Shown here: positions 25,134 to 38,213 of the stretch, piece after piece
How positions within the stretch are numbered: the stretch's first letter is position 1
Layout: every line of letters begins with the position of its first letter
Virus record (IMG/VR): IMGVR_UViG_3300028591_000107
Strand: one strand, 5' to 3'
Source: an uncultured virus (IMG/VR IMGVR_UViG_3300028591_000107)
Lineage: Duplodnaviria; Heunggongvirae; Uroviricota; Caudoviricetes
DNA: 64,000 nt
Translations under genes and position numbers: made by a program
The notes under the pieces: generated by a model
Told to the model about the DNA's origin: nothing
What the model saw: only the letters and a program-made list of their open reading frames with translations
Databases searched by the model: none

Positions 25134-28100
25134 CTATTTATGATGATTATGGTTTAATTGTTGTTCTTTAGTATAAATTGGAACAAAAAATTCTTTATAA
25201 GGACATCTCATTTTTTCTCCAACAAAATACATATCTTCTGATTTATCATAATGAAGTACTCCAGGTCGTTTTTTATTTATTTCTTCTCCTTTTGAACATG
25301 GGTAATTTTGATAATCGTGTGGACCCCAAGCTTTACCTCTATTTTCACAATTATTACAATATGGTTTTCTACTTATTAACATATTAATTAATTTTAATTG
25401 TTTTATCTGGGTGAAATTTATTTATTTCCTCTTAAATAAACTAATTACAAAACTACTTGTTACTACGGTCATGCATAAACACATTGTTACAATAACTACA
25501 CCTGCACAATAAATACAAATTGTTTCTGCCGTACTTAAATACATAATTATTTTATTTTTTAAAATCCAATTCTAACTGTCTTAAATTCTTCTATAGTTGT
25601 TAATTCTTTATAAGTTCCATCACCATATTCAATTGGTCCAAAATTTTTATATAAATTATCTTTTACATCATCATTATACCAATCATACATATCTTTAAGT
25701 GGTGGTAATGTTAATAAATGCTTAAGAGTATGTTTTTGAATTGACCAACCATCATGAATCAATCCAGTAAAAATTGGAAGTTCCCATCTATCTAAATAAC
25801 TACACCATGAATTTTTAGGCCAATTTCCATTTACATACTGGTCATACATTTTATCTATTCCTTTAAGATAGATCCAAAATCTACAGAATAACCAATGACA
25901 TAATTCTTCTCTAACTTTTGTTGACCAATAATCTTTATCTTCAGGTCCTACACCTATAACGAATGATGGTTCAGATTGTGTATATGTTGAAAATCTATAA
26001 TCTTTGTAAACACCACATGCATATTTTTGTTTTTCAAAATATATCCATATAGATCTATTTCCACCCATTTTATTTCCATCAATACGAAGTTTCTTTACCT
26101 TCATATTTGCTTCTTTCATAAAAGAAAGATTATTTATTTGATCTATTACTTGTTTTTTTGTCATATATTAATACTTAATAAATTCAATTGAATTAATGTC
26201 TATACGATGTAATGTCAAATATTCATTTTCAACTATATTATGACCATTTCCCCAACCATGACGTTCGATAATCAAATCAACTGTATCTCCATGAAATGTG
26301 GCATGTAAGATTTTATCTTCACCATAAACACCAGAAAGAATATAATTGTAATATGTTTTATTACCATTTGTAATAAAGTGATTCAAATAAATATTCTTTG
26401 TCTCACCAATTCGATTTTGCCAATTGTTCCAAAATTTCTTTGTCATGTTTGTTAAAATTTATAATAATTTTATCAAATACAACTTGGAATTTTTCCAAGA
26501 GGCCGCCACCTGATTTATAGTTTCAGAAAACTTTTATTTAATAAAGTTTATCAATCCACTTCTGACGTTTGTTCTTCTTTTCAATTTCCTCAGAAATCAT
26601 CTTTGAGAAAGTATAACCATTCTTTTTAAGAAGATTCCAATTGAGAATATCCTTAATTATATTATTAACCAATTTGATGTAGTTGAGGATTGTTTCGATT
26701 GTCTTCATTTTATTTATATTTGTTTTACATATATAATATAGAAACAATTACAAAAAATTCAAACAATATATAAAAAATATTATTATAGATAAAAAAATGA
26801 CAGATATATACTTGGTATATTCTGTCAATTATTCTATTATACAATATAGTCTTAATTACTCGGCTACTACAATAGAATCAGCAACTGTGTCTGTAACTGT
26901 AATTGTATCAACAGTATCAGCTACAACGCTATCTGCAGAGGTACATGTAGCAGTACCATTACCACAGCTTCCGATAGCCATACCAAACATAATTGCAAAA
27001 ATAAATGCAAAAATTGTCTTTCTCATGTTTTTAATAATTTTAAATTTGTTAATAAATTATATATTGAATTATAATACATGATTAATATAGAATTAATCTA
27101 TTAATAATTCAAATTAAAAATAACTATTTTAATTACCTTCTTCTCATAGTTCTATTATTTTTATTACCAAAACCATTAATTTTTTGATCTCGATTAATTA
27201 TTCCTCTATTTCGATTATAGTAATTCGGATTAGATTGTATAGATCTCCTTGGTTGAGTATGATAATATCTATATTGTTGTCTTTCAAATCCTCTGTGATA
27301 ACCTGGTGAAAAACGATAATCATAACGATGAGGTCTAAAATAAGGCCGATAACTAAAATGTGTAAAAGGTCTACGATAAGCTCTTACATACCAATAGTTA
27401 TTATAATAATATGGATAATAGTAAATATTGTCATAAAAATAATATAATATTACACCATTTCTATAATACGGTGTACCATATCTAATTACTGTATCAAATC
27501 CAACATTAGATTGCACAATATCAACTTGTGTTTCTACATATACATCATCCTGTGTTGTTGTATATACCATTGTATCACATGAACTTAATGAAAAGATCAT
27601 GATTAAACTAATGATTATGTTTTTTATTTTGTTTATCATATTAATTATTTGTAAATTTTACATCACTAAATTCTAATTGTTGTGCCAATGCTTTTGCTCT
27701 ATTTACTGCATTTCTAACACAATCTTGTACAGAAAACGCTCCATAACTATCAAAATTCATATTAGAATATAATCTTATTGCACATTCTTGTATAAATCTT
27801 TCTTTAGTATATGGTAATAATGAAACTTTACCATCAAATGATGAGACTCCTCCACTTGTTCCTCCCGAAATATCTGGCATAATTTAAATAAGTATATTTA
27901 TTTTTGAATATTTATTAATACGAGTATCTTTACATGTTAACATGTGTTTATAATCAGTTACTGTTGGACAATCATCTAATGTTAATCCATTTTTTTGCTG
28001 TAAAGCATCATGTTTTTTTGAAAAGAATTCATATTTGTCAGATTCAAATAATACATTAAAAAATTCATTTAATGCTTTTGTCAAATCATTATAATCTCCA

Positions 28101-29693
28101 TTTATAAGATATCTATGTGTACATTTATTAGTAGATTCATTATATGCTAAATATCCATAATACGGAACCTTTCCCATTTCTGAATAATATACAAAAAGAT
28201 AATCATATAATTCATCATTTTTTGCATTATAAGGAAGTTTGTAAATTAAACAATTGGTTTTATTACGATTAAATGACTCCATTAAATTGACTTTAGGAAA
28301 TGCATGTTTTACATCATCTTCTTCAAAATACATTTCACCAGGTCCTATTAATTGCATATAATTAAATAATCTACTTTGCCTGATTGTACTAGATACTATG
28401 TTATAATGTTTTTGTTTAAATAATGTTATTGGAATATAATACAACATAAATTCCAAATTTTCAAATGTTTCAATGTTATTATTTTTCATAATTATTATTT
28501 ATTATTTAATGTTAATTCCCATTTATTATATATATTTGTATTATTTATTTTCCACCATATAAATTTATATAATGGAATATTAATATACCATTTGATAAAT
28601 TCACTTATTTTATTTTGATTTATCTCTAATATATTTTGTTGTTTTTTAAAATTAGTATTATCTTTTAATACTTGTTTAAAATAAACTTCTATTAAATCAA
28701 TTCTTTCATTAGTATTTTTATTTGATGTTTCAATATTTGTTTGAAAATCATAATATGTATGACCAGTTGAATTATTCATTATATATTCTTTTCCAATATA
28801 TTTTCTAATTGAATTATAATCCAATTTATATTATCTGTTAATAAATTAGTTTTTTGTAATTCTGATCTAACATAATTTATTAAAGTTATTTTTGATATTT
28901 TATCTTTATATTTATCCTTTAATTGTGTATAAATATCAATTATTATATTATCAATATCAAATGTTATATTATTGTCATCAAATTGTTTTTTGAATGATAA
29001 ACTATAAAGATGTTCAAATATATTTTTTATATATACTTTATAAAAATTAATTTCTATATTATTCATTTTTGAAAATGGAATTAACTCTTGTAAACTAATT
29101 TTACCAGAATAATATTCTTCGTTTTCAATTACAAAATAAAAATACGAAATATATGTATGTTCATATATTTCTGGCAAAAAACAATTTTTATTTATAAAAT
29201 CTCTAAAATTTTTATCATCTAATAATTGTTCATATAAAACATTTATATCATTACAATAAAATAATAATGGTATTCCGTCTTTATTTAATAAATTGTTTGT
29301 GTTATTTATATTGTTATAAACATTTAAAGATACATAAGATTCTGTCATTTATTTATTATCACATATTTTTTCTTTTTCAATATATTCAATAAATTTTTGT
29401 TGTGCAAATTCTTCTAATTTTTTATAATCAGGATATCTTGCATTTAATAATTGAATTTCTGTTTTATCTGATGGTAAAACCAATATTATTAAGGAATCAT
29501 CATTTATTTCCTTTTCATTATAAAATTTATTCTCAATATAATTTTTAAGATGATTAAATTTTATTGCACCTTTTTCTTTAGACATATTAGATATGTCTAT
29601 ATAAGCAACCAAAATGGCTTTTTCACAATTTTGCATTAATAATATATCACTATATTTTATATTTATATAGTAATTTAAGTATTGAAAATTCAA
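25134..29693 (-). other. Cluster of small minus-strand hypothetical genes, including a lipoprotein-like gene at 27133..27639
   Basis: Closely packed ORFs in the track; LSSC lipobox in 27133..27639. Confidence 0.7.
26856..27026 (-). CDS. 56-aa lipoprotein with repeated D(S/T)(V/I) motifs (not in ORF track)
   Basis: MRKTIFAFIFAIMFGMAIGSCGNGTATCTSADSVVADTVDTITVTDTVADSIVVAE. Confidence 0.8.
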   Translation of the reverse strand: MRKTIFAFIFAIMFGMAIGSCGNGTATCTSADSVVADTVDTITVTDTVADSIVVAE

Positions 29694-29806
29694 TATAATA
29701 TTTAATCCAATTAATGTTTATAAAATTATTTTTAAATAATAGAATAGAATTAAAAGACATTAATGAATTTTGTCTAATAAAAATATAAAAATATAAATAA
29801 TAAAAA

Positions 29807-30565
29807 ATGAAATATATAAAATTATTCGAAACTGCATCAGCATTTGAATCAGCAAGAGCAACATTAGATTTACCTAATGTTAGTTTAATAGAAGCAACTA
29901 ATGGACTTAACTATTTACCTTATGTTGCACCAGCGCCAGATCCTTATAACGGTCATGAATATGTTGAAATCGGAGGGCTTAAGTGGGCAACAATGAACAT
30001 TGGTGCAAATAGTATTACTGATTATGGTCTTTACTTCCAATGGGGTGATACCCAAGGTTATACTGCTTCACAAGTAGGTAGTGGAAGTGGTCAGAAGTAC
30101 TTTGGTTGGGCAGATTACAAGTATGGTAATGGTACAAGTAGTCCAGGTGCCACTGGAATGACCAAGTATAATTCTACGGATGGTAAGACAGTATTAGAAG
30201 CGGTTGATGATGCTGCTCAAGCCAATTGGGGCGGTGCATGGAGAATGCCAACTGTTGATGATATTAATACATTCTATATGCATGTAAATACAACAAGAAC
30301 AACAAACTATCAAGACACCGGCGTTGAGGGCCTTGTATGTACAGATAAAACAGATAGTTCTAAGGTAATATTCTTACCAGCAGCGGGTTATTTCGAAAAA
30401 GGTATTACCCAAGAAATAGGTACTTATGGATATTATTTGAAAAATAACCTTTGTTCTTTTGACAAAACCAAAGTGGGTCAATTCTATTTTTATTATGGAG
30501 GTACTTATTGGGACAATAATTTCGACCGTTTAAGGGGTGTTCCTATTCGTCCTGTAGCTAATTAA
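29807..30565 (+). CDS. Bacteroidota-type DUF1566/Fib_succ_major-like domain protein
   Basis: GHEYVEIGGLKWATMNIGA, YFQWGDT, DDAA...WGGAWRMPT, FLPAAG, RGVPIRPV. Confidence 0.75.
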   Translation: MKYIKLFETASAFESARATLDLPNVSLIEATNGLNYLPYVAPAPDPYNGHEYVEIGGLKWATMNIGANSITDYGLYFQWGDTQGYTASQVGSGSGQKYFGWADYKYGNGTSSPGATGMTKYNSTDGKTVLEAVDDAAQANWGGAWRMPTVDDINTFYMHVNTTRTTNYQDTGVEGLVCTDKTDSSKVIFLPAAGYFEKGITQEIGTYGYYLKNNLCSFDKTKVGQFYFYYGGTYWDNNFDRLRGVPIRPVAN

Positions 30566-30584
30566 AAATCATATAAATAAAAAA

Positions 30585-30614
30585 TGAAAAAGAGACACTC
30601 GAGTGTCTCTTTTT
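30585..30614. terminator. Bidirectional terminator
   Basis: AAAAAGAGACACTCGAGTGTCTCTTTTT palindrome between convergent genes. Confidence 0.8.
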
Positions 30615-32535
30615 CTTTGTATATACTCTTATATATACTAAGATTCGAATATAACTATTTCAGGTGGATTCTTAACTCCTTTATAATATTTTGCATCTAT
30701 CTCATCATTAAAATATGATGAAATATAATTTTCATCAACTGGTAAATAACCATCCGTCATATCATGGAAATAAAAATCGGCATTAAGCCAATTATTATCA
30801 AGTATCATATCAATTATTTCTCGACCTGTCATATTCTTCTTTTGTTATTTAATCTTTATTCATATTATTTAAATATAATTGTTTGATAATCTTCTATTTG
30901 CCATTCATTAATATGAGATTGCCACTTCTTACCAATTTGCGATGGTAAAATCATAAGATTTTTAATTGGCCAATAGTTACCACGTTTAGCACATTTTCTA
31001 ATATATACTGTCACTGTTGGAAAATTTGAATAAACTCCATAATTGACATCTTTAATTTTTGCAGGAAGATAAACATAAGGTTCATCGGATTTCATTTCCA
31101 TCCATTTTGTGCTCATCTTCACTTCACACTTCTGACCAACTTTTACAAGCTCAGGATTAGTTATACATGTCTTAATCTTTTTCATATTAATATAAACTTT
31201 CTTGTATATTTTCCGCTAACTTCTCTAACAAAGTACACTCACGTTCAGTCATATTCTCTATTTCTTCTCTAGTGAATGTTTGACTCATCGCATAGAAAAA
31301 ATCATACCAATTCTCTGAACAACCCATACTATTTCTAGCAGTTGTTATTTTCATATTATCAATAGCTTCTAAAATTCTTTTTGCTGTCATAATAGTAAAT
31401 TTTATATTATATGATGTTATATATAATTTTCTAAGATTTTATAGAAGACCAATCATATTCATTTAAGAAAAAATTTATAAGTCTTTTATGTGAACGATTT
31501 AAACACCAATCTTCTTCTTTCCAATTAATTTCAAATCTATCTTCATCAAATATATATGTTCCCGTTAATTTACATATATTCTTTCCATGAGAATTCTGAC
31601 GAAATATATAACAAATTAAATTATTATTCTCATCATATTCAATAGGTTGAAATTTATATTTTCCAACTTTTACTGAATTTGTCTTACTTTTTGTCATATT
31701 CGAGAACAATAGATTTACCGGTCATATATTTATTAAGTTCAAGCCCGATACACCAATTACAATCTTTATAACCAATATAAAATATTGTGTTGGTTGGTAT
31801 ATAAAGAACTTTCATGGCAACCTTATTATCCATAAGTTTCTTACCAAGGAAATTTTCGGTATCTTTCAATAATTCCTCAAAAAGATCTTTAATATCTTTA
31901 ACATTATTAGGAGAATCTGTATGAAATCCATTATCATATTCTACAATTCTACGTACAACTGAGGTAGGATAATAATAAAACTCAAGTACTTTAAAATCTT
32001 CTGGTTTGTTTAATATTGTCATATTTTTATTTTTTAATTATAATATAAAAATAGAAATAATCACCAAAAAATTCAAATTATATTTAAATTTTATATTTAC
32101 CCAATTTTTCAATCCAATCAAGTAGTTTTTCTTCATTTATTTCTTTTCCTTGATACTTTATTCCATATTTACCACAAGCACCTTTTATTATATGTATTAA
32201 TGTTTTTCTTATCTTCTCATCCTCTTCACTCCAAACATGGATCTGTTTTTTAAATTTTACTTTCACATATTTGTCAAAGAAATAAAGAAGATTATCTTTA
32301 CATTTTTTTAATTCTTCATTATAATCTATTTCTTTCTGCTCATCTGACCTTTCGAGCCAATCAATAATATCATCAACAGTAAATCCATTTAATATATACT
32401 CTTTTCTACCTGGTTCATTAAAAAAATCAATAATTGCTTTTCTTATCTTCTCATTATAGGTTTTTATTTTTTCTTCTGTAGTAAGTTCTTTCATAATTAT
32501 TTCTATTTAACATATAATTTTACTTTTTTCCATTA

Positions 32536-32913
32536 TCACAATAAATTTCGCTCATGTAGCCCTATAATCATTTCATAACAAGCATCAACAGCAGATTCCA
32601 TTTTTATATTTGGTAAAGTATTATTAACACTATATCCAAATTCATAATACCATATATTAAAATAATTTTCATCAATATACGTTCGCAACCCATTATTATT
32701 AATACGTTTAGGAATAATATTAAGTAATGCAGCAAGCGACCAACAAGGAATATCATTACGATTACCATTAATAAAACTTGCTCTTTCATAATTTTCAGAA
32801 GATGTTAAGGGCTTATTCCACATATAATAATGCATATCCGCACTTTTAGATGAAAGAAATTCTGCTAATTTTAGACTCTGCCAAAAGTCTGTATATGATT
32901 TAATTGTTGTCAT
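32536..32913 (-). CDS. Hypothetical protein, paralog of 33032..33373
   Basis: Shared MT.IKSYTD..QSLKL.EFLS..SADM.Y...WSL.ALL.I.P...DACYEMII. Confidence 0.8.
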   Translation of the reverse strand: MTTIKSYTDFWQSLKLAEFLSSKSADMHYYMWNKPLTSSENYERASFINGNRNDIPCWSLAALLNIIPKRINNNGLRTYIDENYFNIWYYEFGYSVNNTLPNIKMESAVDACYEMIIGLHERNLL

Positions 32914-33031
32914 AGTTATTTATTTTTATGTTTTGAACTATATTTTGTTTTGCCTTTAATAATTCTATAATCCTTATAATCAGAAGATGAAATATATTCT
33001 TTACTTCTAAAATAATCTATTGATACCATAA

Positions 33032-33373
33032 TTACAACATTTTAAGTTCGTTCAACCGTATAATCATTTCATAACAAGCATCAATGGCATTGTCATACCA
33101 TTCAGTATATCTTTCCATGCAGTGAATCCTATAATAATGATTATTAGAACTATCTAATGTTGCTGACGGTAAAATAGTAAGCAACGCAGTAAGACTCCAA
33201 GCAGCAATTTCTTGTGATAATAAAGGATTTCCACGTTTATATTCAATAGGTAAAGCACCTTGATATTTTTTATCAATTCTATTAGAATAATACATATCAG
33301 CACTTTCAGGCGAAAGAAACTCTACTAATTTTAAACTTTGATCTAAGTCTGTATATGATTTAATTATTGTCAT
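33032..33373 (-). CDS. Hypothetical protein, paralog of 32536..32913
   Basis: Same shared motifs. Confidence 0.8.
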   Translation of the reverse strand: MTIIKSYTDLDQSLKLVEFLSPESADMYYSNRIDKKYQGALPIEYKRGNPLLSQEIAAWSLTALLTILPSATLDSSNNHYYRIHCMERYTEWYDNAIDACYEMIIRLNELKML

Positions 33374-36300
33374 AGTTATTTTCTTTTATATACTTATACG
33401 CTTGATATAATTTACCCAAAGAAGTCCATTGCACATTAGTTCCATTTCGGAAAAGTTCTTCTTTACATCTCTGATATGTATCGGATGTTTTTGTACCATA
33501 TTCACCAGTTCTACTTATTCTTAATGTGTCTAAACCTTTTTCCTTAATATAGTTTGATATAAAATTTATAATGATTTGTTTTGCAAAATTCATTATCATT
33601 GATGATTTTCTATTATCAAAACCCATATCGTCAATTAATTGGATTAAGGTGTCTATCTCTTCATTTTCTACGGCATTTCTTAAATTGTTAATTTTAGATA
33701 GTAAATCATTTTTAATTATTATCATAGTTATTTCTCCTTATCTTTAAATATTATTAAAAATATGAAAATTCATCTTTGATTCCTAATGCTATATCAATAA
33801 AGTATTTTGCGTCACCCAACTGCATCCAATCATATGAATTTCCTTCACACTCATAAATACCATTAAGTGCCTTTTCTATTAATTCTTCATTATCAGATAC
33901 AGATTTTATAGCTTTCTCTACATTTGTAATATGAACGTATAAACCAAATTGAGTATTAGATGATGCTTCTTCTAAAAAATTATATGCTTCTTCTCTTGTC
34001 ATATTTATTTCTCTTTTAAGTTAATTACTATTTTTTCCAATTTCTTTAACATATACTGGATTATGAATCACTTGTATTCTATTACCATGTTCATCTTCAA
34101 AAATACATTCTGGTTCTGTATTAGTTCCAAAATAACCATGATACATATAATATAACTTTGCTTCTACATAAATTGTATCTTTGGTTGAAAGTAATACTTC
34201 GTACTTATTTGGAGTTTTATTAACTTTATTATTTGTTTTAATATTAGTTGATGTTGAATTTCTACACCCCACAATCATCAAGGCAGTAAGTGCTAATAGA
34301 GTAATCTTTTTCATATTCATTTACAAAATTCATTATGTTTATTTACAAATATATTACCAATATCTTTAATTTTTTGAATAAGTTCATCATCTATTGAAAA
34401 CTCTGAATATTTTTTATTACCATATTCTATAACTTTTAGAATTTTATCAAAATAATAAATACATTTGCCATATGCATCTTGGGCTAACGGACCACTATAA
34501 AACTTATCTTTATATTTATCAAATAACTCATCAAGATATTTCATATATATATCGGATTCTTTTTTAGTAGGTTTACGATTTGAAGTACCTACTTTTAATC
34601 CTTCAAATTGAAACATTTCATCAAGATACCATGAGTCAGTTACTTTTGTGAAATATTCTTTTGTAAATATTTTTTCGGCTCTATCCTCAGCAAGATGTTT
34701 AATAAAATTTTCATTCATAATATTTATGTAGACTATAATGTTTTAAAATATCAGCATTATCAAAAAATATAAATTCTGGATTTCTAATAAATTTTTTACC
34801 ATTATAATATAGATAATAACAATTTATAAGTTCATCCCATGCATTTGTGCGTACAATTTTTAATAAAATTCCTTCCCAGTCAGTTTTATATTGTTCATAT
34901 AGTTCTTTGGCTTTATTACGAATATCTGACATTGGAAATTTACCCATGTAAGTATATATGTAACCACTATTTTCATGGTTAATTATATTGTTTTTTATTT
35001 TCCAATAATTAACTGTATCTCCCATAAATTTAAATAGTGTATCAATTATTTATTTTTAAAACAATTACACATTTTCATATTATAAAGAACATTAACTGCC
35101 TGTAATAGACGACACCTATCTTCTGATGAAAAGGTTTTATTTCTAGCATCTTCCAAAAATGCAATTACTTCATCTACATTCATAATTAATCAAGATTTGA
35201 AATTACCTTAATATCTATTCCTTTAATTTTTACAAAATCTTTAACGATATACCAATAAGTCTGTTGCAAATTCATCACCATACTAAGAATCAGTACATGT
35301 TTCAAAGAACTCTCTTATAAAAAGTTCTTTAACATGTATTTCTGCTAACGTTTGTAAAAAATCATCACTATATTTTCTCATAATATCAATTTATAAATAA
35401 ATCACATATAATAAATATAACAGCTCCTATGTCAACCCCTATTAATATACTAGTTGCAAATATAAGTAAGATGTTCATATTAATCTAATCTTGATTCAAT
35501 TCCAATTTTGATTCCTTTACTTTCCGCAAACTTAATTACAAAAGAATAATATGTACATTGGAGATTTTGCATCTGATACCAAATAGCTTCAAATGGACAT
35601 CCAATCTTCTTCAAATAATTATAGTCTTTCTTAGGAAGTTTCTTAACCAATATTTTTAAAATTTCTTCATTACGAAACTTATGGGCCGCTTCATCAATTT
35701 CTTTTGCCTTCTTATTGTTTTTGTTATAGGTTAGCCAAGTAATTCCGGAACCACACCCAATAAAAGCATATGGTCGTTTATTAACTTCTACAATTGACTT
35801 ATAACCAATCTCATTAAGACATGCATCATAAAGTTCATCAATATGTTCTTTCAAATAATCAAGAAGCTCATTATCCAAAGTTTTTGGCTTTTTCTTTTTA
35901 TAATTAGGATCACCAAGTTCTTTAATAAGTTTTGTTGCTTCTTCCTTAGAAAGAACCTCATTACGATAATCCTTTTTAGTAATGCAATAAAGTGCCCATC
36001 TCTGTCTTGGAGTAGCTGTATTTTCCATATCTGTTTTTACTTATTTACATATATAATATAGAAATAATATTAAAAAATTCAAATATAATATCAAAAATGT
36101 CCCAAAAGTTCATAACAAACTAATGGAACATACAAGTATGGTGTAACACAGATTCTGCTTAATCAAATTTCCAAAATTTAAAATAATAAGATGTTGGACT
36201 TTCTGTAATAAGATAAAAACTATTATCTCCTTCTTGATCTCTTTTTATTAGTTCTTCAAGAATTTCTTGTGTGGTAAAATTTTTTAATTTGCCTATCATT

Positions 36301-37075
36301 TTTATTAATTTTTATATTACTAAATTTTTCCAAAATTTCTTTCTCATATCAATTTTAATACTATTCCAACCAATATAAGGATCTCCATATCCACATGCAA
36401 TAGACATTACTTTATCTGTTGATTTAAAATCTTTATCCATATACACGTTTATGATACACTTAAGTTTCTCATTTGGTTTTGAAAAGAAATATGTTGTAAA
36501 ACCAAGAACATAATATTCATTTGCTCCTTTTTCAATAGAATATCCCAATGACTCAAGATAACTTTTACATTTATTATATGATATAAACTTCATAATTAAA
36601 TATTAGTTGTTGAATCTGCATCCATAGAGATAATTTTACCAGTCAACCAATTAGTCTTAACTTTATGTGTGAATCTCTCCTCATGCAGTGTAAATAATGA
36701 TAAAATAGTTTTTGATTCTTTTGAAGGTTCTTTACCACCAATTGTAAACCATGGCTCATCAACATTAAATTTCACCCATCGAAAATTAAAATTACCATAA
36801 GTACCGGAGTGTTCATAATTGTCTTTAACTATCGTTTCAATTAAGGTTCTCATTTTTGCTTTAGATGAGAAAACTCCAAGAAAACTACCAGCTTTATACA
36901 TTAATGCATACATAAATTAAATGTTTTTGTTTACATATACAATATAGAAATAAATTCAAAAAAATTCAAATATAGTATAAAAATCGTCTAACTAATAATT
37001 AGTTAGACGATCAAATCAATTATTAATAAAAATTAAAAACAATAATGTCATTCATTGAGTGACATCTTAATTTTT

Positions 37076-37678
37076 TCATTTAGAATATGCAGGATTATTT
37101 GTATTTACATCTCCAGTAATTGCATCTACATAAACTTGTGCTTCCGAATTGCCAAAAATGTATTGTGGATTTGCATCAACCAAACCAATTTCTTTACGTA
37201 AAACTACATGTTTTGAATGTGGTTTTGGACAATTAGTACTCATAAGTTTTTCATAAGCTTCTTTAAATGTTACTTTAATAACTTCATCATTTAATACATG
37301 ATCTTCTATCCAAAATGAATGTTTAACATCATATGAAGTATCATCAGGTGTATGAGTTGCAAAAATAACATGTACATTAGCACCATTTCCTATTAACTCA
37401 ACAACTTGGAAAATATTTGATACACTTGTTATTGTACCATCATTTTCTTCATCAAGAAAATCTTTAAGTGTAATACATGTTTCAAACCAACGATAATCTT
37501 TTGCATAATTTGTATACATGTATTGACGGTCCATACTAATTAGATGCTCAACATTTAATTCACTATTATATTTGGCAATATTATTAGTAAAATAAATTTT
37601 TTTAGAATTCTTACATTCATTATTGCATCCAAATAACCATTTAATGAAATTCCAGATTTTAGTAAAAAAATTTTTCAT
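37076..37678 (-). CDS. Hypothetical protein whose start lies in a 26-bp hairpin
   Basis: ATG at 37678; ORF track. Confidence 0.75.
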   Translation of the reverse strand: MKNFFTKIWNFIKWLFGCNNECKNSKKIYFTNNIAKYNSELNVEHLISMDRQYMYTNYAKDYRWFETCITLKDFLDEENDGTITSVSNIFQVVELIGNGANVHVIFATHTPDDTSYDVKHSFWIEDHVLNDEVIKVTFKEAYEKLMSTNCPKPHSKHVVLRKEIGLVDANPQYIFGNSEAQVYVDAITGDVNTNNPAYSK

Positions 37679-37748
37679 CAATGTTTCATATATATATTTA
37701 TTAAAAATAAAAATTAATAATTAAATATATGAAACATTGATGAAAAAT

Positions 37749-38213
37749 TTAAAGTAAAAATAAAATAAATGTCAATATTGCTGGATGTAAAAAATTAGAT
37801 GTTCTCAATATAATATTAGAAGACATCATATTATCACCTAAATAAACAATTTTATGTCTATATGTATACATTACATCAGACATCATTGTAGAATTTCCTT
37901 TATAAATATATCCATTAATATTAGTTGCCAAAATATTTGTTGACATTGTCCCTTTACCTTTATATAATTTACTGTTATCCCATGTAGCAATAATATCTGA
38001 TTGCATTGTAGAATAACCTGCATAAATATAATGACCATCAAATGTTATGAGTATATCAGAAGTATAAGAGGAATTACCATTATATAAATGTCCATCACTA
38101 TAAGTTACAACAACATCTGAATTCATTATAGAATTACCACGGTAAACTTTTTGTGCATCAATATTTATAGAAACACAAAATAACAAACATAATAAAATAA
38201 TTATTTTTTTCAT
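37749..38213 (-). CDS. Secreted repeat protein
   Basis: Signal peptide; repeated Y.GNS...SD(I/V)..T unit. Confidence 0.7.
   Translation of the reverse strand: MKKIIILLCLLFCVSINIDAQKVYRGNSIMNSDVVVTYSDGHLYNGNSSYTSDILITFDGHYIYAGYSTMQSDIIATWDNSKLYKGKGTMSTNILATNINGYIYKGNSTMMSDVMYTYRHKIVYLGDNMMSSNIILRTSNFLHPAILTFILFLL

Noticed and set aside
26797..27081. Plus-strand 94-aa ORF
   Set aside because: Antisense shadow of the minus-strand lipoprotein 26856-27026.
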